This document shows positions 53,054-62,836 of a DNA stretch of 64,000 nt, piece after piece. Source of the stretch: Patescibacteria group bacterium. Its GTDB lineage: Bacteria; Patescibacteriota; Minisyncoccia; Phycocordibacterales; SBAW01. Below the pieces are notes generated by a model. It was not told where the DNA came from. It saw only the letters and a program-made list of their open reading frames with translations, and ran no database searches. The stretch lies in assembly GCA_019752125.1 (NCBI GenBank), contig JAIEMM010000002.1, forward strand, positions 67,062 to 131,061. The letters are read 5' to 3'. Within the stretch, counting starts at the first letter, position 1. Each line of letters starts with the position of its first letter. The position numbers and the translations under genes were made by a program.

Positions 53054-55258
53054 ATGCGCAAATTATCGTCTTTGTTTGTAACGTTTTTCCTCGCAGCTTG
53101 CACAGCAGGTTCATACATAGCCTCTATAGTAGTTTCAGAATTCGGAAATGCGGGGTCAGATCTCCAAACTTTCTACGTAGAAGGTTTTTCAAGGACACTC
53201 TTTTCTGTCTCTATATTTTTTGCACTATGTGCTGCAGCCTCCCTCACATACGCATCCTCTCCAGTATTCCGAAATAGACTTTCCAACGTATGGGCGCACC
53301 TACAGCATTACTTTGAAGGATCTCTTTTTCGGTACGCCATTCTTTCGTTTGGATCTGCTGCAGCATTTTTATTTGCACTTAATGCGCCGGGTATCATCCA
53401 CGGCACGTTTCTTATTGACGACTATGGTATGTACGCCATTGCTGTACAAAAAACCCCGTGGCAACTCTTTTGGACTCCCATTAACGACCACGTTATTCCA
53501 CTCTTTTGGTTGGAACTAAAAACAATCTTTACATTCATCGGCACTAATCCTCCCCTATTAAATTTTCCGCTCTTCCTGCCCGCTATAGTAGCCATAGGTG
53601 CGGCTGGGGTTCTTCTACGGCAACTTGGATTTGGTTTGGGGACACTCGCTGGACTCCTTATACTCTTCGGGAGCACAACTATCGTAAGCCACCAGTTGTA
53701 CGGATTTTATGCAGTGGCGCCGTATTTTCAAGTACTCGCACTACTCACGCTCTCGCTTGTATGTTTTACGCACGCACGCCAAAGTACTCGATATCCTAAA
53801 CCTTATTTCACAGCCTCACTCATCCTTATTGTCGTGTGTGTTTTGATTGAAAGCGGAGGTATTTGGGCCCCTCTTGCGCTCGCGCTTTTTGCAGTAGCGT
53901 ATCAACTTTCTAAAAAAGAAATCCTGTCTATTGAGTCTATATGGAAGGCTGTAAAGAAAGAGAAGCTGATGGTTTTCCTTTCTGTGCTCATTACCGCTGT
54001 GTATGTCGGGTATCTTGTGGTCATTCCGTATTTCTCTGATGCGTCATTTTACGGCCCAGACCGTCTCCCCATTTCAATTGCAAGCATATACGAACTGTAC
54101 AAAGTCCTAACCGCTGGAGTTCTTTCGTCGTTCCTTATGCCTCGCATGGGGCTTATCTTAAGCCAGCCGCGTTTTGAAAACGTCGAGATACTCTGGCACC
54201 TTGGGATGCTTCTGCTTTTCGTAGCGGCAGCATATATCTTCTGGTGGGCCTCAGTGAGAGGCACTATTCGTTCTCGAGTATGGGGATTGTATTTCCTTAT
54301 GCTTTCTCTTGGCACCTCTCTGCTTGTCGCAATTGCCCGCCCAAGCTCTCACGCTGTTTCGTTTTACCGAGACCAAAACTTACTCTTCCCTCTCTTTTTT
54401 ATCTCTCTTGCCTTTGTGGTCATTGGGTACGAATGGGTTCGCAGCGCTTCAAATGAACGCGGTAAGGAAATCCGCATCTCAGCAGTCGTCGCTGTTTGTG
54501 TTTTAGTGTTTGGATGCCAAATGGTATTTTCTTTCTACAAAGACCAGTACCTTGGTGATATTTATTTTAATAATTCACTCATCACAGAACTACAGGAGAC
54601 GTTAGTGCCTGCACTCAATGAACTGTCTGCACAGCATCCATCACTACCCATTCCAGTAATTGGCGGCGCGTTCCTTGGAAGCAGCGCTTACCAACTCCCC
54701 AACCTTTCAGCATTTTCTTTCTTTCTAGGGATACGAGATGTCGTTTGGATTACCCCTGGAACAAACGCTGCAACCTCATCTATGGTGTTTGCAGATGCCC
54801 TACGCCACGATGAGCGTCTACGTATGTGGTATCTCGCTCCAGGAGAAATTTCTGAAACCTGCAGTACGGAAGTGACCGGTACCGACACCCGCGAGCTTAT
54901 TCCAGAAAAACCATTGGTAGTAATACCAAGCGTAGATACAGCTAAATCAGGCAAGCTCACTTTTGGTATCATCGCCAAAGAGGCACCTGAAAAAATCCTT
55001 ATTGATATTTCTTTTAAAAATGACTTCGGTGCCACAAGCACTCTCGCCACTATACGTCTCGACCAATATACGCTTCGAGCCCAAGGAAAGGATCGCCGTT
55101 ATGCATGCGCCATTAACCTCAATGACATACCTGCATATGCACTCTCACGGACAGTGCGAACTATTTCCTTTACTGTTAGGACTCCTGGCACGTATGACGT
55201 TAGCGCGAGATTTTTGCAGAGCGGCGAAAGACTACCGAGCGATACAAAAAGAAATTAA
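53054..55258 (+). CDS. Large polytopic membrane protein, possible GT-C glycosyltransferase
   Basis: More than 10 TMs, loop motif IDDY...P.NDH, extracellular C-terminal domain. Confidence 0.6.
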   Translation: MRKLSSLFVTFFLAACTAGSYIASIVVSEFGNAGSDLQTFYVEGFSRTLFSVSIFFALCAAASLTYASSPVFRNRLSNVWAHLQHYFEGSLFRYAILSFGSAAAFLFALNAPGIIHGTFLIDDYGMYAIAVQKTPWQLFWTPINDHVIPLFWLELKTIFTFIGTNPPLLNFPLFLPAIVAIGAAGVLLRQLGFGLGTLAGLLILFGSTTIVSHQLYGFYAVAPYFQVLALLTLSLVCFTHARQSTRYPKPYFTASLILIVVCVLIESGGIWAPLALALFAVAYQLSKKEILSIESIWKAVKKEKLMVFLSVLITAVYVGYLVVIPYFSDASFYGPDRLPISIASIYELYKVLTAGVLSSFLMPRMGLILSQPRFENVEILWHLGMLLLFVAAAYIFWWASVRGTIRSRVWGLYFLMLSLGTSLLVAIARPSSHAVSFYRDQNLLFPLFFISLAFVVIGYEWVRSASNERGKEIRISAVVAVCVLVFGCQMVFSFYKDQYLGDIYFNNSLITELQETLVPALNELSAQHPSLPIPVIGGAFLGSSAYQLPNLSAFSFFLGIRDVVWITPGTNAATSSMVFADALRHDERLRMWYLAPGEISETCSTEVTGTDTRELIPEKPLVVIPSVDTAKSGKLTFGIIAKEAPEKILIDISFKNDFGATSTLATIRLDQYTLRAQGKDRRYACAINLNDIPAYALSRTVRTISFTVRTPGTYDVSARFLQSGERLPSDTKRN

Positions 55259-56351
55259 CTACTGCAACTGCCACTGTTGCTATGAGTGCGCCAAGTAGAT
55301 ATGGCATGTGGATCAGTTCAACTGAACACCACAAGATAGAGAGATTGATAAGAAAATCTATACCTACCACAATCATATACAACACAAATTGCACATGAGT
55401 CTGCGAAAGCGCGTGTTGACGGAACGTAAAGAACTTATGCAGTGAAAAACTTACAACAATTGCGATCGCAAGTGCCACAGAAGAAGCTGCAAGATAATGT
55501 ACGCCCCCAAATTGAACAAGCGCGAAGAGGACGCCAAAATACACTGCGGCTGCAGTGGCGCCCGAGATTATATAGCGGGCAAGTTGTGCCAAAGGCAGAC
55601 GCGCTAAGCGAGGCAACATCCTCTTTCCAAAATGAATGACGCTGGGCGGAAACATGCCCAACACTGGAATAATGAGATTCCATGGCGCCTCATAGCGAAC
55701 ATAGAGCTGCGGATGTACAAGCGAGAGCGCTCTGTTATGCCCCGCATTATATGCCTCATACAGCTCGGAATAGTTAGGGAGCTCACTTTCCTTTACATAA
55801 AACATGATGTTTTGCGCGTAGAAAAAGGCTACGCGTGCATCTCCCCAAAAGAACTTGCGCAAACAATCAACCGGAACATACCCTTGCTCCTTAAACCGTG
55901 CCTCCCAGTAATCAGGCCATTGTTCGTTAATGTGATGAACGCCACCCTGTCCTGGAATTGCTGCAGAAAATAAAATAACAGGCGCCGCGTCCGTAAGATT
56001 TTTTACAAATGTGCGTGACGCAGCGTCAGAGAGATGTTCGCCTACCTCAAGTGAAATAGCGAGATCAAAATTGCGGTTCAATGAGAGAGGTTTCTCCAAA
56101 TCAGCTGCAATAAATTTTTCTTTCGGGATGCTTAGCTTTTCCCGTTCAACATATTCACCATCGTAGCCGACAACATCGGAAATATCTTTCTCCATAAACG
56201 CCCTGAGCCACAAACCTTGTCCACATCCAATATCAAGCACTGATTCGGGTTTCAAATATTTTAATACCTGCGGGACGACAGTACGCGCTGACCGAAGATT
56301 TGCATCTTCCATTTCTTTAAAAAAATCGCCCGAATATGATCTTTCAGTCAT
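55200..56351 (-). CDS. Class I SAM methyltransferase fused to a GtrA-like 4-TM domain
   Basis: LDIGCGQG, SLEVGEH and PGQGG.HH.NEQ motifs; C-terminal RYIISG...F.LHK.FTF GtrA pattern. Confidence 0.85.
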   Translation of the reverse strand: MTERSYSGDFFKEMEDANLRSARTVVPQVLKYLKPESVLDIGCGQGLWLRAFMEKDISDVVGYDGEYVEREKLSIPKEKFIAADLEKPLSLNRNFDLAISLEVGEHLSDAASRTFVKNLTDAAPVILFSAAIPGQGGVHHINEQWPDYWEARFKEQGYVPVDCLRKFFWGDARVAFFYAQNIMFYVKESELPNYSELYEAYNAGHNRALSLVHPQLYVRYEAPWNLIIPVLGMFPPSVIHFGKRMLPRLARLPLAQLARYIISGATAAAVYFGVLFALVQFGGVHYLAASSVALAIAIVVSFSLHKFFTFRQHALSQTHVQFVLYMIVVGIDFLINLSILWCSVELIHMPYLLGALIATVAVAVVNFFLYRSVVFRRSAKISR

Positions 56352-56417
56352 TGCGGCAGTATAGCAGTTTTTGTGACGTTTTTCTCTCTCACGGAGTCAT
56401 ATATACTGATATCACCT

Positions 56418-58172
56418 ATGTGCGGCATTGTAAGCATAATCGGCAAAAATGCCGCCCAGGAGCCTCTTGAGGCTGCGCTCGACACGCTAAGTCACCGTGG
56501 TCCGGACGACCGCGGAACAATGGCTTTTGCAGGTGCCACCCTTGGCCAAACACGTCTCGCCATCATCGACCTTTCCCCTTCCGGCCATCAGCCGATGAAA
56601 GACAATGTCAAGAACATTGCCATCACCTTCAATGGCGAAATCTATAACTACCAAGAACTCCGCACAGAACTTGAGTCGAAGGGGCATCAATTTTCTACAC
56701 ACTCAGACACAGAAGTTATTTTAAAAGCCTACCAAGAATACGGCAGCGAATGTCCGAAAAAACTTGATGGAATGTTTGCCTTTGTTATTTGGGATGATGA
56801 AAAGAAAACAGCCTTTATGGCACGTGATCGCTTTGGTAAGAAACCTCTCTTCTATGCTCATACGCCAGGCGGCACTCTTGCAGTAGCATCAGAAATCAAA
56901 GCACTTAAAGCGGCAGGTGTTAAAACAGAAATAGATCCGCAAGGCATCGACGCCTATTTGACCCTTATGTACGTACCGCCCTGGCGCACGGTATACAAAA
57001 ATGTTCACACTATTCTTGGCGGACAGTGCGCTACCTACAAAAATGATGTGCTCAGCGTTGAGACGTACTGGAGAATGGAGCGCAAACCTGTCTCCGTATC
57101 CTACGACGAGGCGAAGGAAGAAGTTCGCGGATTGTTCACCGACGCAGTAAAGAAACGAATGGTTGCCGCAGATGTAGAAGTCGGCGCATTCCTTTCTGGC
57201 GGCATCGACTCAAGCCTTGTGACAGCCTATGCACAACGCGTGTTGGACCGTCCGCTTCAAACATTTTCACTTGGGTATGGCGACCTTATTGATGAACTCC
57301 CATTTGCAGACCAGCTCGCAAAAAAAGTTGGGACAAACCATCGTACCCTTCAAGCGTCAGCTGATCTCATTCATGAGTTTGAAGCAGCGATGGCATATTT
57401 TGACGAGCCGCATGGCGACCCTGCAGATTTTCCTCAACACCTTCTCTCTCAGGAAACTTCCACGTATGTGAAGGTTGCGCTTTCAGGTGAAGGTGGTGAC
57501 GAAATGTTTTTGGGCTATGGCCGATACTTCTCCTACTGGCACACGAGTAAACTTTCACGTTTACGAAACATGTTGTTTTCAAATCAGTACAAAGATTTTC
57601 TTAAAAACAGTACTGTCTTCCCTCTCTCACTTAGAAAAACTCTTCAGAAAGATTCAACACATGTGTGGACTGAACCAATCGACAAACTTGTACAGAACTT
57701 TAGCGGCTCTACTGTTCAAAAGATGGCCCTCTTCGATATCACCACAAACATGCAAGGCCAGCTACTTACAAAAGTGGACGAGATGGGCATGATGCATGGT
57801 CTGGAAGTGCGTTGCCCCTTCCTTGACTACAAACTCGCGGAGTTCGCGTTTAACCTACCAACTGAATATAAAACTGATGGCAACACAGGTAAGCTGATTC
57901 TTAAAGATTTGCTCGCAGAAGAAATGCCTCGAGAATTTGTTGATAGAAAGAAGCAAGGGTTCGGCGCTCCTGTACGCAAGTGGCTTGGAGAACCAACATT
58001 GCGAGCATATGTTGAAAATGCGTTCAAAGACGCACGTGTGTACGAATATCTCGACAAAGACGCAGTGCAACGATTTATTCAGCAAACCTATGCCAGCCAG
58101 AAACCAAAAGGTTATTACCAATTGTGGACACTTCTCTGCCTTGAGGTATGGTTAAAACGTCATGCAGATTAA
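56418..58172 (+). CDS. asnB: Asparagine synthase (glutamine-hydrolysing)-like amidotransferase 2
   Basis: MCGI start at 56418; HRGPD, FNGEIYN, LSGGIDSS and SGEGGDE motifs. Confidence 0.92.
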   Translation: MCGIVSIIGKNAAQEPLEAALDTLSHRGPDDRGTMAFAGATLGQTRLAIIDLSPSGHQPMKDNVKNIAITFNGEIYNYQELRTELESKGHQFSTHSDTEVILKAYQEYGSECPKKLDGMFAFVIWDDEKKTAFMARDRFGKKPLFYAHTPGGTLAVASEIKALKAAGVKTEIDPQGIDAYLTLMYVPPWRTVYKNVHTILGGQCATYKNDVLSVETYWRMERKPVSVSYDEAKEEVRGLFTDAVKKRMVAADVEVGAFLSGGIDSSLVTAYAQRVLDRPLQTFSLGYGDLIDELPFADQLAKKVGTNHRTLQASADLIHEFEAAMAYFDEPHGDPADFPQHLLSQETSTYVKVALSGEGGDEMFLGYGRYFSYWHTSKLSRLRNMLFSNQYKDFLKNSTVFPLSLRKTLQKDSTHVWTEPIDKLVQNFSGSTVQKMALFDITTNMQGQLLTKVDEMGMMHGLEVRCPFLDYKLAEFAFNLPTEYKTDGNTGKLILKDLLAEEMPREFVDRKKQGFGAPVRKWLGEPTLRAYVENAFKDARVYEYLDKDAVQRFIQQTYASQKPKGYYQLWTLLCLEVWLKRHAD

Positions 58173-59295
58173 AGAGATTTTTAATAGAATCGCCTTCAAG
58201 ATTAGAGGTGGTGTAGTTTCTTTATCCCCTTCTGGAACACCAAAAGGGTATGTTCTTATTTCCTATTTTGCGTATCCATTTCTGACTGACAAAGCACTTA
58301 CAGGACATACCAACTACTGGGAGGCGCGGCAGATGGCGAAGGAATTTCTTGACCGAGGCTATGCCGTAGATGTCATCGACACGACAAATAAGTCCTTTGT
58401 ACCAAAAAAGAAATACGCCATTTGTATCGACACACACAGCAACTTAGAACGTCTTGCGCCATTACTTGGAGACACATGCATCAAAGTACTCCACACTACA
58501 ACAACTCATTGGTGTACTCAAAACGAAGCTGCACAAAAGCGCAGCGCTGATCTATTGGCGCGGCGCGGCGCGTCACTTGCACCTGAACGCCAGCTTCCAC
58601 CGAGCAATGCGCTTGAAGTTGCAGACATAGTATTAATGCTCGGCAACAGCATTACGCAGCAGAGTTATGCATACGCGCACAAACAAATAGTTCCTATCTC
58701 AGTCTCGGCAGTAAAAACATTCGCCTCTCCTGAATCAAAAGACTTTGAGCGCGCGCGAAATAGTTTTATTTGGCTTGGTGGCGCAGGAGCAATTCATAAA
58801 GGCGCAGACTTGGTACTTGAAGCATTTGCCTCCCTTCCTGACCTGACACTCAGTATGTGCGGAAAATATCTGTATCCAGAATTTGAAGCAATTTACAAAA
58901 AAGAACTTCACGAAACCCCCAACATCAAAAGCTTGGGATATGTGCAGCTCGAGGGCGGGCAATTTGAGCAGATACGCTCAAGTTCAGCGTTCTTGGTATT
59001 CCCTTCGTGTGCTGAAGGCCAGGCTGGTTCTGTAGTCGCCGCACTACACGCAGGCCTTATACCAATCGTCACCAAGGAGTGTGGGGTTGATGTGGACGAT
59101 TTTGGTTTTGTATTGAAAGATGCAAGTGTTGAGGAAATAAAGAATACTGTGCAAATGGCAGCCGCCCTGCCAGTAGAAGAACTTAGGCGCCGCGCTACGT
59201 TAGGATGGAAATATGCAAACACACACCACACGCGTAAAACATTTGCTGCCCGATTCTCTGAGTTTGTTGATATGCTTGAAACAAAAATAAAATGA
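58162..59295 (+). CDS. GT4-like (GT-B) glycosyltransferase
   Basis: HKG.DL.LEAF and FPS.AEG motifs. Confidence 0.8.
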   Translation: MQIKEIFNRIAFKIRGGVVSLSPSGTPKGYVLISYFAYPFLTDKALTGHTNYWEARQMAKEFLDRGYAVDVIDTTNKSFVPKKKYAICIDTHSNLERLAPLLGDTCIKVLHTTTTHWCTQNEAAQKRSADLLARRGASLAPERQLPPSNALEVADIVLMLGNSITQQSYAYAHKQIVPISVSAVKTFASPESKDFERARNSFIWLGGAGAIHKGADLVLEAFASLPDLTLSMCGKYLYPEFEAIYKKELHETPNIKSLGYVQLEGGQFEQIRSSSAFLVFPSCAEGQAGSVVAALHAGLIPIVTKECGVDVDDFGFVLKDASVEEIKNTVQMAAALPVEELRRRATLGWKYANTHHTRKTFAARFSEFVDMLETKIK

Positions 59296-60155
59296 GTATG
59301 GAACAAGAACTAATTTCTGTCGTAATGCCCGTCTATAACGAAGAGGATCTTGTTACTCGCGCGCTCGAGTCATTACAAAATCAGACATGGAAGAATCTAG
59401 AAATTATTGTTGTTGACGACCACAGCACAGACAATACTGCGGCCATTGTAAAGAAAATTGCAGCACAAGACTCGCGAGTGCATTATTACTTAAATCCAAA
59501 GGGAGTTTCCAAGCGCAAAAACTGGCGAGGCTACGACATAAACGCAGGATGGTCTGCACGCGCATATGGGTTCTCTATTGCCAAAGCACAATGGGTAACA
59601 ACGCAAGACTCTGACGATGCGTCATTATTAAACCGCATTGAAGTCCAGTATATGCTCGCAAAAAAATACAATGCGACATTTGTTGCGGTTGGATGGATGG
59701 ATTTAAATGAACAAACGCTTGGGAAAAAACTCGACGTTGAGAGAATATTCAACGATGTCGGAGAGGAACACGTAATAATTACCCCGAAGGAAATATCGGC
59801 TATAGCGAAGAAGGAAAAAGGGGTGTTGATGGTTGAACCATTCCATCAATTCATCCCCTTCCCTTTCAAGTGGTTTCCCTATACACGCAAGCTGTTTTAC
59901 CGTTCGAGCGACGGTCCGCCAGGCGCAGACAACTGCATGTTTTTTAGCCGTGAAGTTATCGACCGTGGAATTAACTTCCGTACCCGCAACAAGCGTACGT
60001 GGGGCACACCTTCGGGACGTGGTTCCGGGCGTGACTTCTTTTTTCGCACTGCATATGAGCTGGGTAATAGTTGGTCATTCCGTTTGCCATTGTATCTGTG
60101 GAATGTGAAGTTAAAAAACAAAGACTACGTGGGTTACGACAAATATCTAGTATGA
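59292..60155 (+). CDS. GT2 glycosyltransferase
   Basis: SVVMPVYNE, VDDHSTD and QDSDD motifs. Confidence 0.88.
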   Translation: MSMEQELISVVMPVYNEEDLVTRALESLQNQTWKNLEIIVVDDHSTDNTAAIVKKIAAQDSRVHYYLNPKGVSKRKNWRGYDINAGWSARAYGFSIAKAQWVTTQDSDDASLLNRIEVQYMLAKKYNATFVAVGWMDLNEQTLGKKLDVERIFNDVGEEHVIITPKEISAIAKKEKGVLMVEPFHQFIPFPFKWFPYTRKLFYRSSDGPPGADNCMFFSREVIDRGINFRTRNKRTWGTPSGRGSGRDFFFRTAYELGNSWSFRLPLYLWNVKLKNKDYVGYDKYLV

Positions 60156-61060
60156 AATTTTCCATCATCACACCCGCATACGATATAGCGAAATGGCTCT
60201 CCCCCACTATCGAAAGTGTCCTTTCACAAGCGGGAGATTTTTCTATTGAATATATCGTTGTTGTAAACGATTCCCCTGACGAAACGCTTGGCGTTGCACA
60301 ACATTACAAACAAAAAATTGATGACGGGGTGTGGGATGTTAAGTGCAATGGCATCACTATGCAGATTATTGAAGCAGGAAAACCTGAGGGTATGTATGTG
60401 GCACTTAACGAGGGGTTTTCGCAGGCCACAGGCGAGATCTTTGCATGGATTGCAGGGGACGACATATACGAGCCGGGGGCATTTGAGGCCATGAAAGTGG
60501 CCTTCGCTGCTCGTCCTGATATCAGCTGGCTCAAAGGTATAACTTCAACAATTGATGAGCAAGGAAATAGGTTGCACCGCGGGCACTGCCGCACATACGC
60601 CCGCGATTGGCTTAAAATGGGCGTATACGGTATGGAAGCCTATCATGTGGAGCAAGACAGTGTATTTTGGCGTGCAGAGCTATGGCACAAAGCAGGCCCC
60701 TTTCCTTCGTACTTTAAAAGCTCAGGTGATTTTTGGCTCTGGCCCCAGATGGCAAAATATGCACCACTTATGAGCGTGGATGTATACACGAGTTGTTTCA
60801 GAAAGCGCGAAGGTCAAGACAGCCGAGTAAATGCTGTCCGTCTGCTTGCCCAAAAGAAACAGGCGCGCGGTAGGCGCCCACTCGGTGCTTGGATTCCTCG
60901 TCTCTTTTTCTGGCCATACTTCCACGTTCCGAGGAATTTCCAAAAAACGCTCGACCTTGTATATCCATTTCTTTTTCCTCTCACTCCCCGACCATATCTT
61001 TCAGTTGAAAATGGTACTGTTGTGGAGCGTCAGATGAAAACATTTTATATACCGGAATGA
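60152..61060 (+). CDS. GT2 glycosyltransferase
   Basis: FSIITP, GMY.ALN.GF and WI.GDD motifs; ATGA overlap gives start 60152. Confidence 0.85.
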   Translation: MKFSIITPAYDIAKWLSPTIESVLSQAGDFSIEYIVVVNDSPDETLGVAQHYKQKIDDGVWDVKCNGITMQIIEAGKPEGMYVALNEGFSQATGEIFAWIAGDDIYEPGAFEAMKVAFAARPDISWLKGITSTIDEQGNRLHRGHCRTYARDWLKMGVYGMEAYHVEQDSVFWRAELWHKAGPFPSYFKSSGDFWLWPQMAKYAPLMSVDVYTSCFRKREGQDSRVNAVRLLAQKKQARGRRPLGAWIPRLFFWPYFHVPRNFQKTLDLVYPFLFPLTPRPYLSVENGTVVERQMKTFYIPE

Positions 61061-61749
61061 TAATGAAACTTAAAAATTTACTGCGACGATTCGGCTATGA
61101 TGTCCGACGCTATTATCCATTCTGGGAAACAGTGGCGCTGCCTCGCAACATCACTACAGTACTCGATATAGGCGCAAATAATGGCGAGTTTTCAAAAGAG
61201 ATATTCACTCATGTACCAAAGGCAGAAGTATATGCGTTTGAACCCCTTTCTGATTGTTTTACGACCATGCAAAAAGCATTGGGAGGCAACTCTCATTTTC
61301 ATGCGTTTAATACTGCGTTGGGTGACACAACCGGACAGACAACAATTCAACGTAGCAGTTTCCACCCCAGTTCTTCACTTCGAACGATGGCTGCGCTACA
61401 CAAAATTCTGTATCCAAAAACAGCAGGGGTACAAACAGAGACCATAGGAATTGTTCGTCTCGATGACATCATGAAAGATATTTCGATCAAAGGAACTATG
61501 ATGATCAAGATTGACGTTCAAGGCTTTGAAGACAAGGTCATAGCTGGCGGCACAGAAACGTTCAAACGTGCCTCTCTTATACTTATAGAGACTTCCTTTG
61601 TAGAGCTGTACGAAGGGCAGCCACTTTTTGGCGATATCCATGACCAGCTCCGCGCACTCGGTTTTTCCTACTATGGTTCAGCAGCAGAACATCGCAATCT
61701 AAAAACAGGCGAGCTTCTCTATCAAGATTCTATTTTTGTTCGAAATTAA
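61057..61749 (+). CDS. FkbM-family methyltransferase
   Basis: LDIGANNG, AFEP and KIDVQGFE motifs. Confidence 0.9.
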   Translation: MIMKLKNLLRRFGYDVRRYYPFWETVALPRNITTVLDIGANNGEFSKEIFTHVPKAEVYAFEPLSDCFTTMQKALGGNSHFHAFNTALGDTTGQTTIQRSSFHPSSSLRTMAALHKILYPKTAGVQTETIGIVRLDDIMKDISIKGTMMIKIDVQGFEDKVIAGGTETFKRASLILIETSFVELYEGQPLFGDIHDQLRALGFSYYGSAAEHRNLKTGELLYQDSIFVRN

Positions 61750-62807
61750 TCCGCTGCGATTTTCTTAAAAAATTCTGCCAGCTGTTGTGTACAACGGTCG
61801 GGGTCAAGATTTTGCTCCGCGTATGTACGTGCGTTTCTGCCCAAGCGTTCGCGCAGTTCCCTATCACCAAGTAGTCGTTTGATCGCATCGCGCATTGCGC
61901 GGACATCATGCTGCGGCACAAGCACTCCGTTTACACCATCTTCAATATACGCCTCCATCCCCTGCGAACGAGAAGCAACGATGGGTTTACCCATCGCAAG
62001 CGCTTCATACACAGCAGAGATACCCATCTCATTATTGAGACCATTTGATGTGTCGAGAGGTATTACAACCACGGACGCATTTTCGTACGCAGTTTTCAAT
62101 TCTGGGACACTGAACGTTTTGTGTAATACATGCGCCGGTAAAGGTTTTAATTTCTCTAGTCGAGACTGACGAGTAGTGATAATCAATTCTTTTCCCAACC
62201 CTTCTGTGGCAGCGAATAGTAATTTGATATCGCGGTCGGGGTCTCGTCCCGGTGCAAAGATAGCCCCTTCTCCAAGCATGTGTGCTGGCGTAAAAAAGTT
62301 CAGATCAACACCGTAGGGAATAAATTCAACCTTGCCTCTGAGGTTTGGGAAACGTGCCTCCAGGAGATCTTTCTCTTTTTTACTTATGGTTACAATCCCT
62401 GCACATCGCGAGACCATCCACGCAAACACTTTTTGCAACGTGGTTTTTTCTTTTCCAATGAGGCCCATAACACTGAAGTCGTGCATGACCCATCTTGGTT
62501 TTTTTACATGAAGAAGCGTGTGCACCAACTGTGTCCCATATCCAGTTGAGGTAAAAACAATGTCGTAGGAAAAGAAGGCTGGGTATATCGGAAGATGGAC
62601 CCAGTACACGCTCAGCACGTATTTTCGTAAAACTCTGCATAGCCACAGAGGCAGAAATTGCTCCAGCTCCAGATGCTTTGCCTCAACACCAAATTTGTGG
62701 AGGCGTAGCATGCCCCAAAACCCATTCCCTTGTTCCTCTCCCCGCTTTGTCTTCTCCAAATGCGGCTTCCGATAGCCTGTAAAGAGGTATAAGACCCTTA
62801 TTTGCAT
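61746..62807 (-). CDS. GT4 glycosyltransferase
   Basis: PYGVD..FF, EALAMGKPIV and NG.LVP motifs. Confidence 0.88.
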   Translation of the reverse strand: MQIRVLYLFTGYRKPHLEKTKRGEEQGNGFWGMLRLHKFGVEAKHLELEQFLPLWLCRVLRKYVLSVYWVHLPIYPAFFSYDIVFTSTGYGTQLVHTLLHVKKPRWVMHDFSVMGLIGKEKTTLQKVFAWMVSRCAGIVTISKKEKDLLEARFPNLRGKVEFIPYGVDLNFFTPAHMLGEGAIFAPGRDPDRDIKLLFAATEGLGKELIITTRQSRLEKLKPLPAHVLHKTFSVPELKTAYENASVVVIPLDTSNGLNNEMGISAVYEALAMGKPIVASRSQGMEAYIEDGVNGVLVPQHDVRAMRDAIKRLLGDRELRERLGRNARTYAEQNLDPDRCTQQLAEFFKKIAAD

Positions 62808-62836
62808 GGGCCCATTGTGGGGCTATACTGCCCTCT

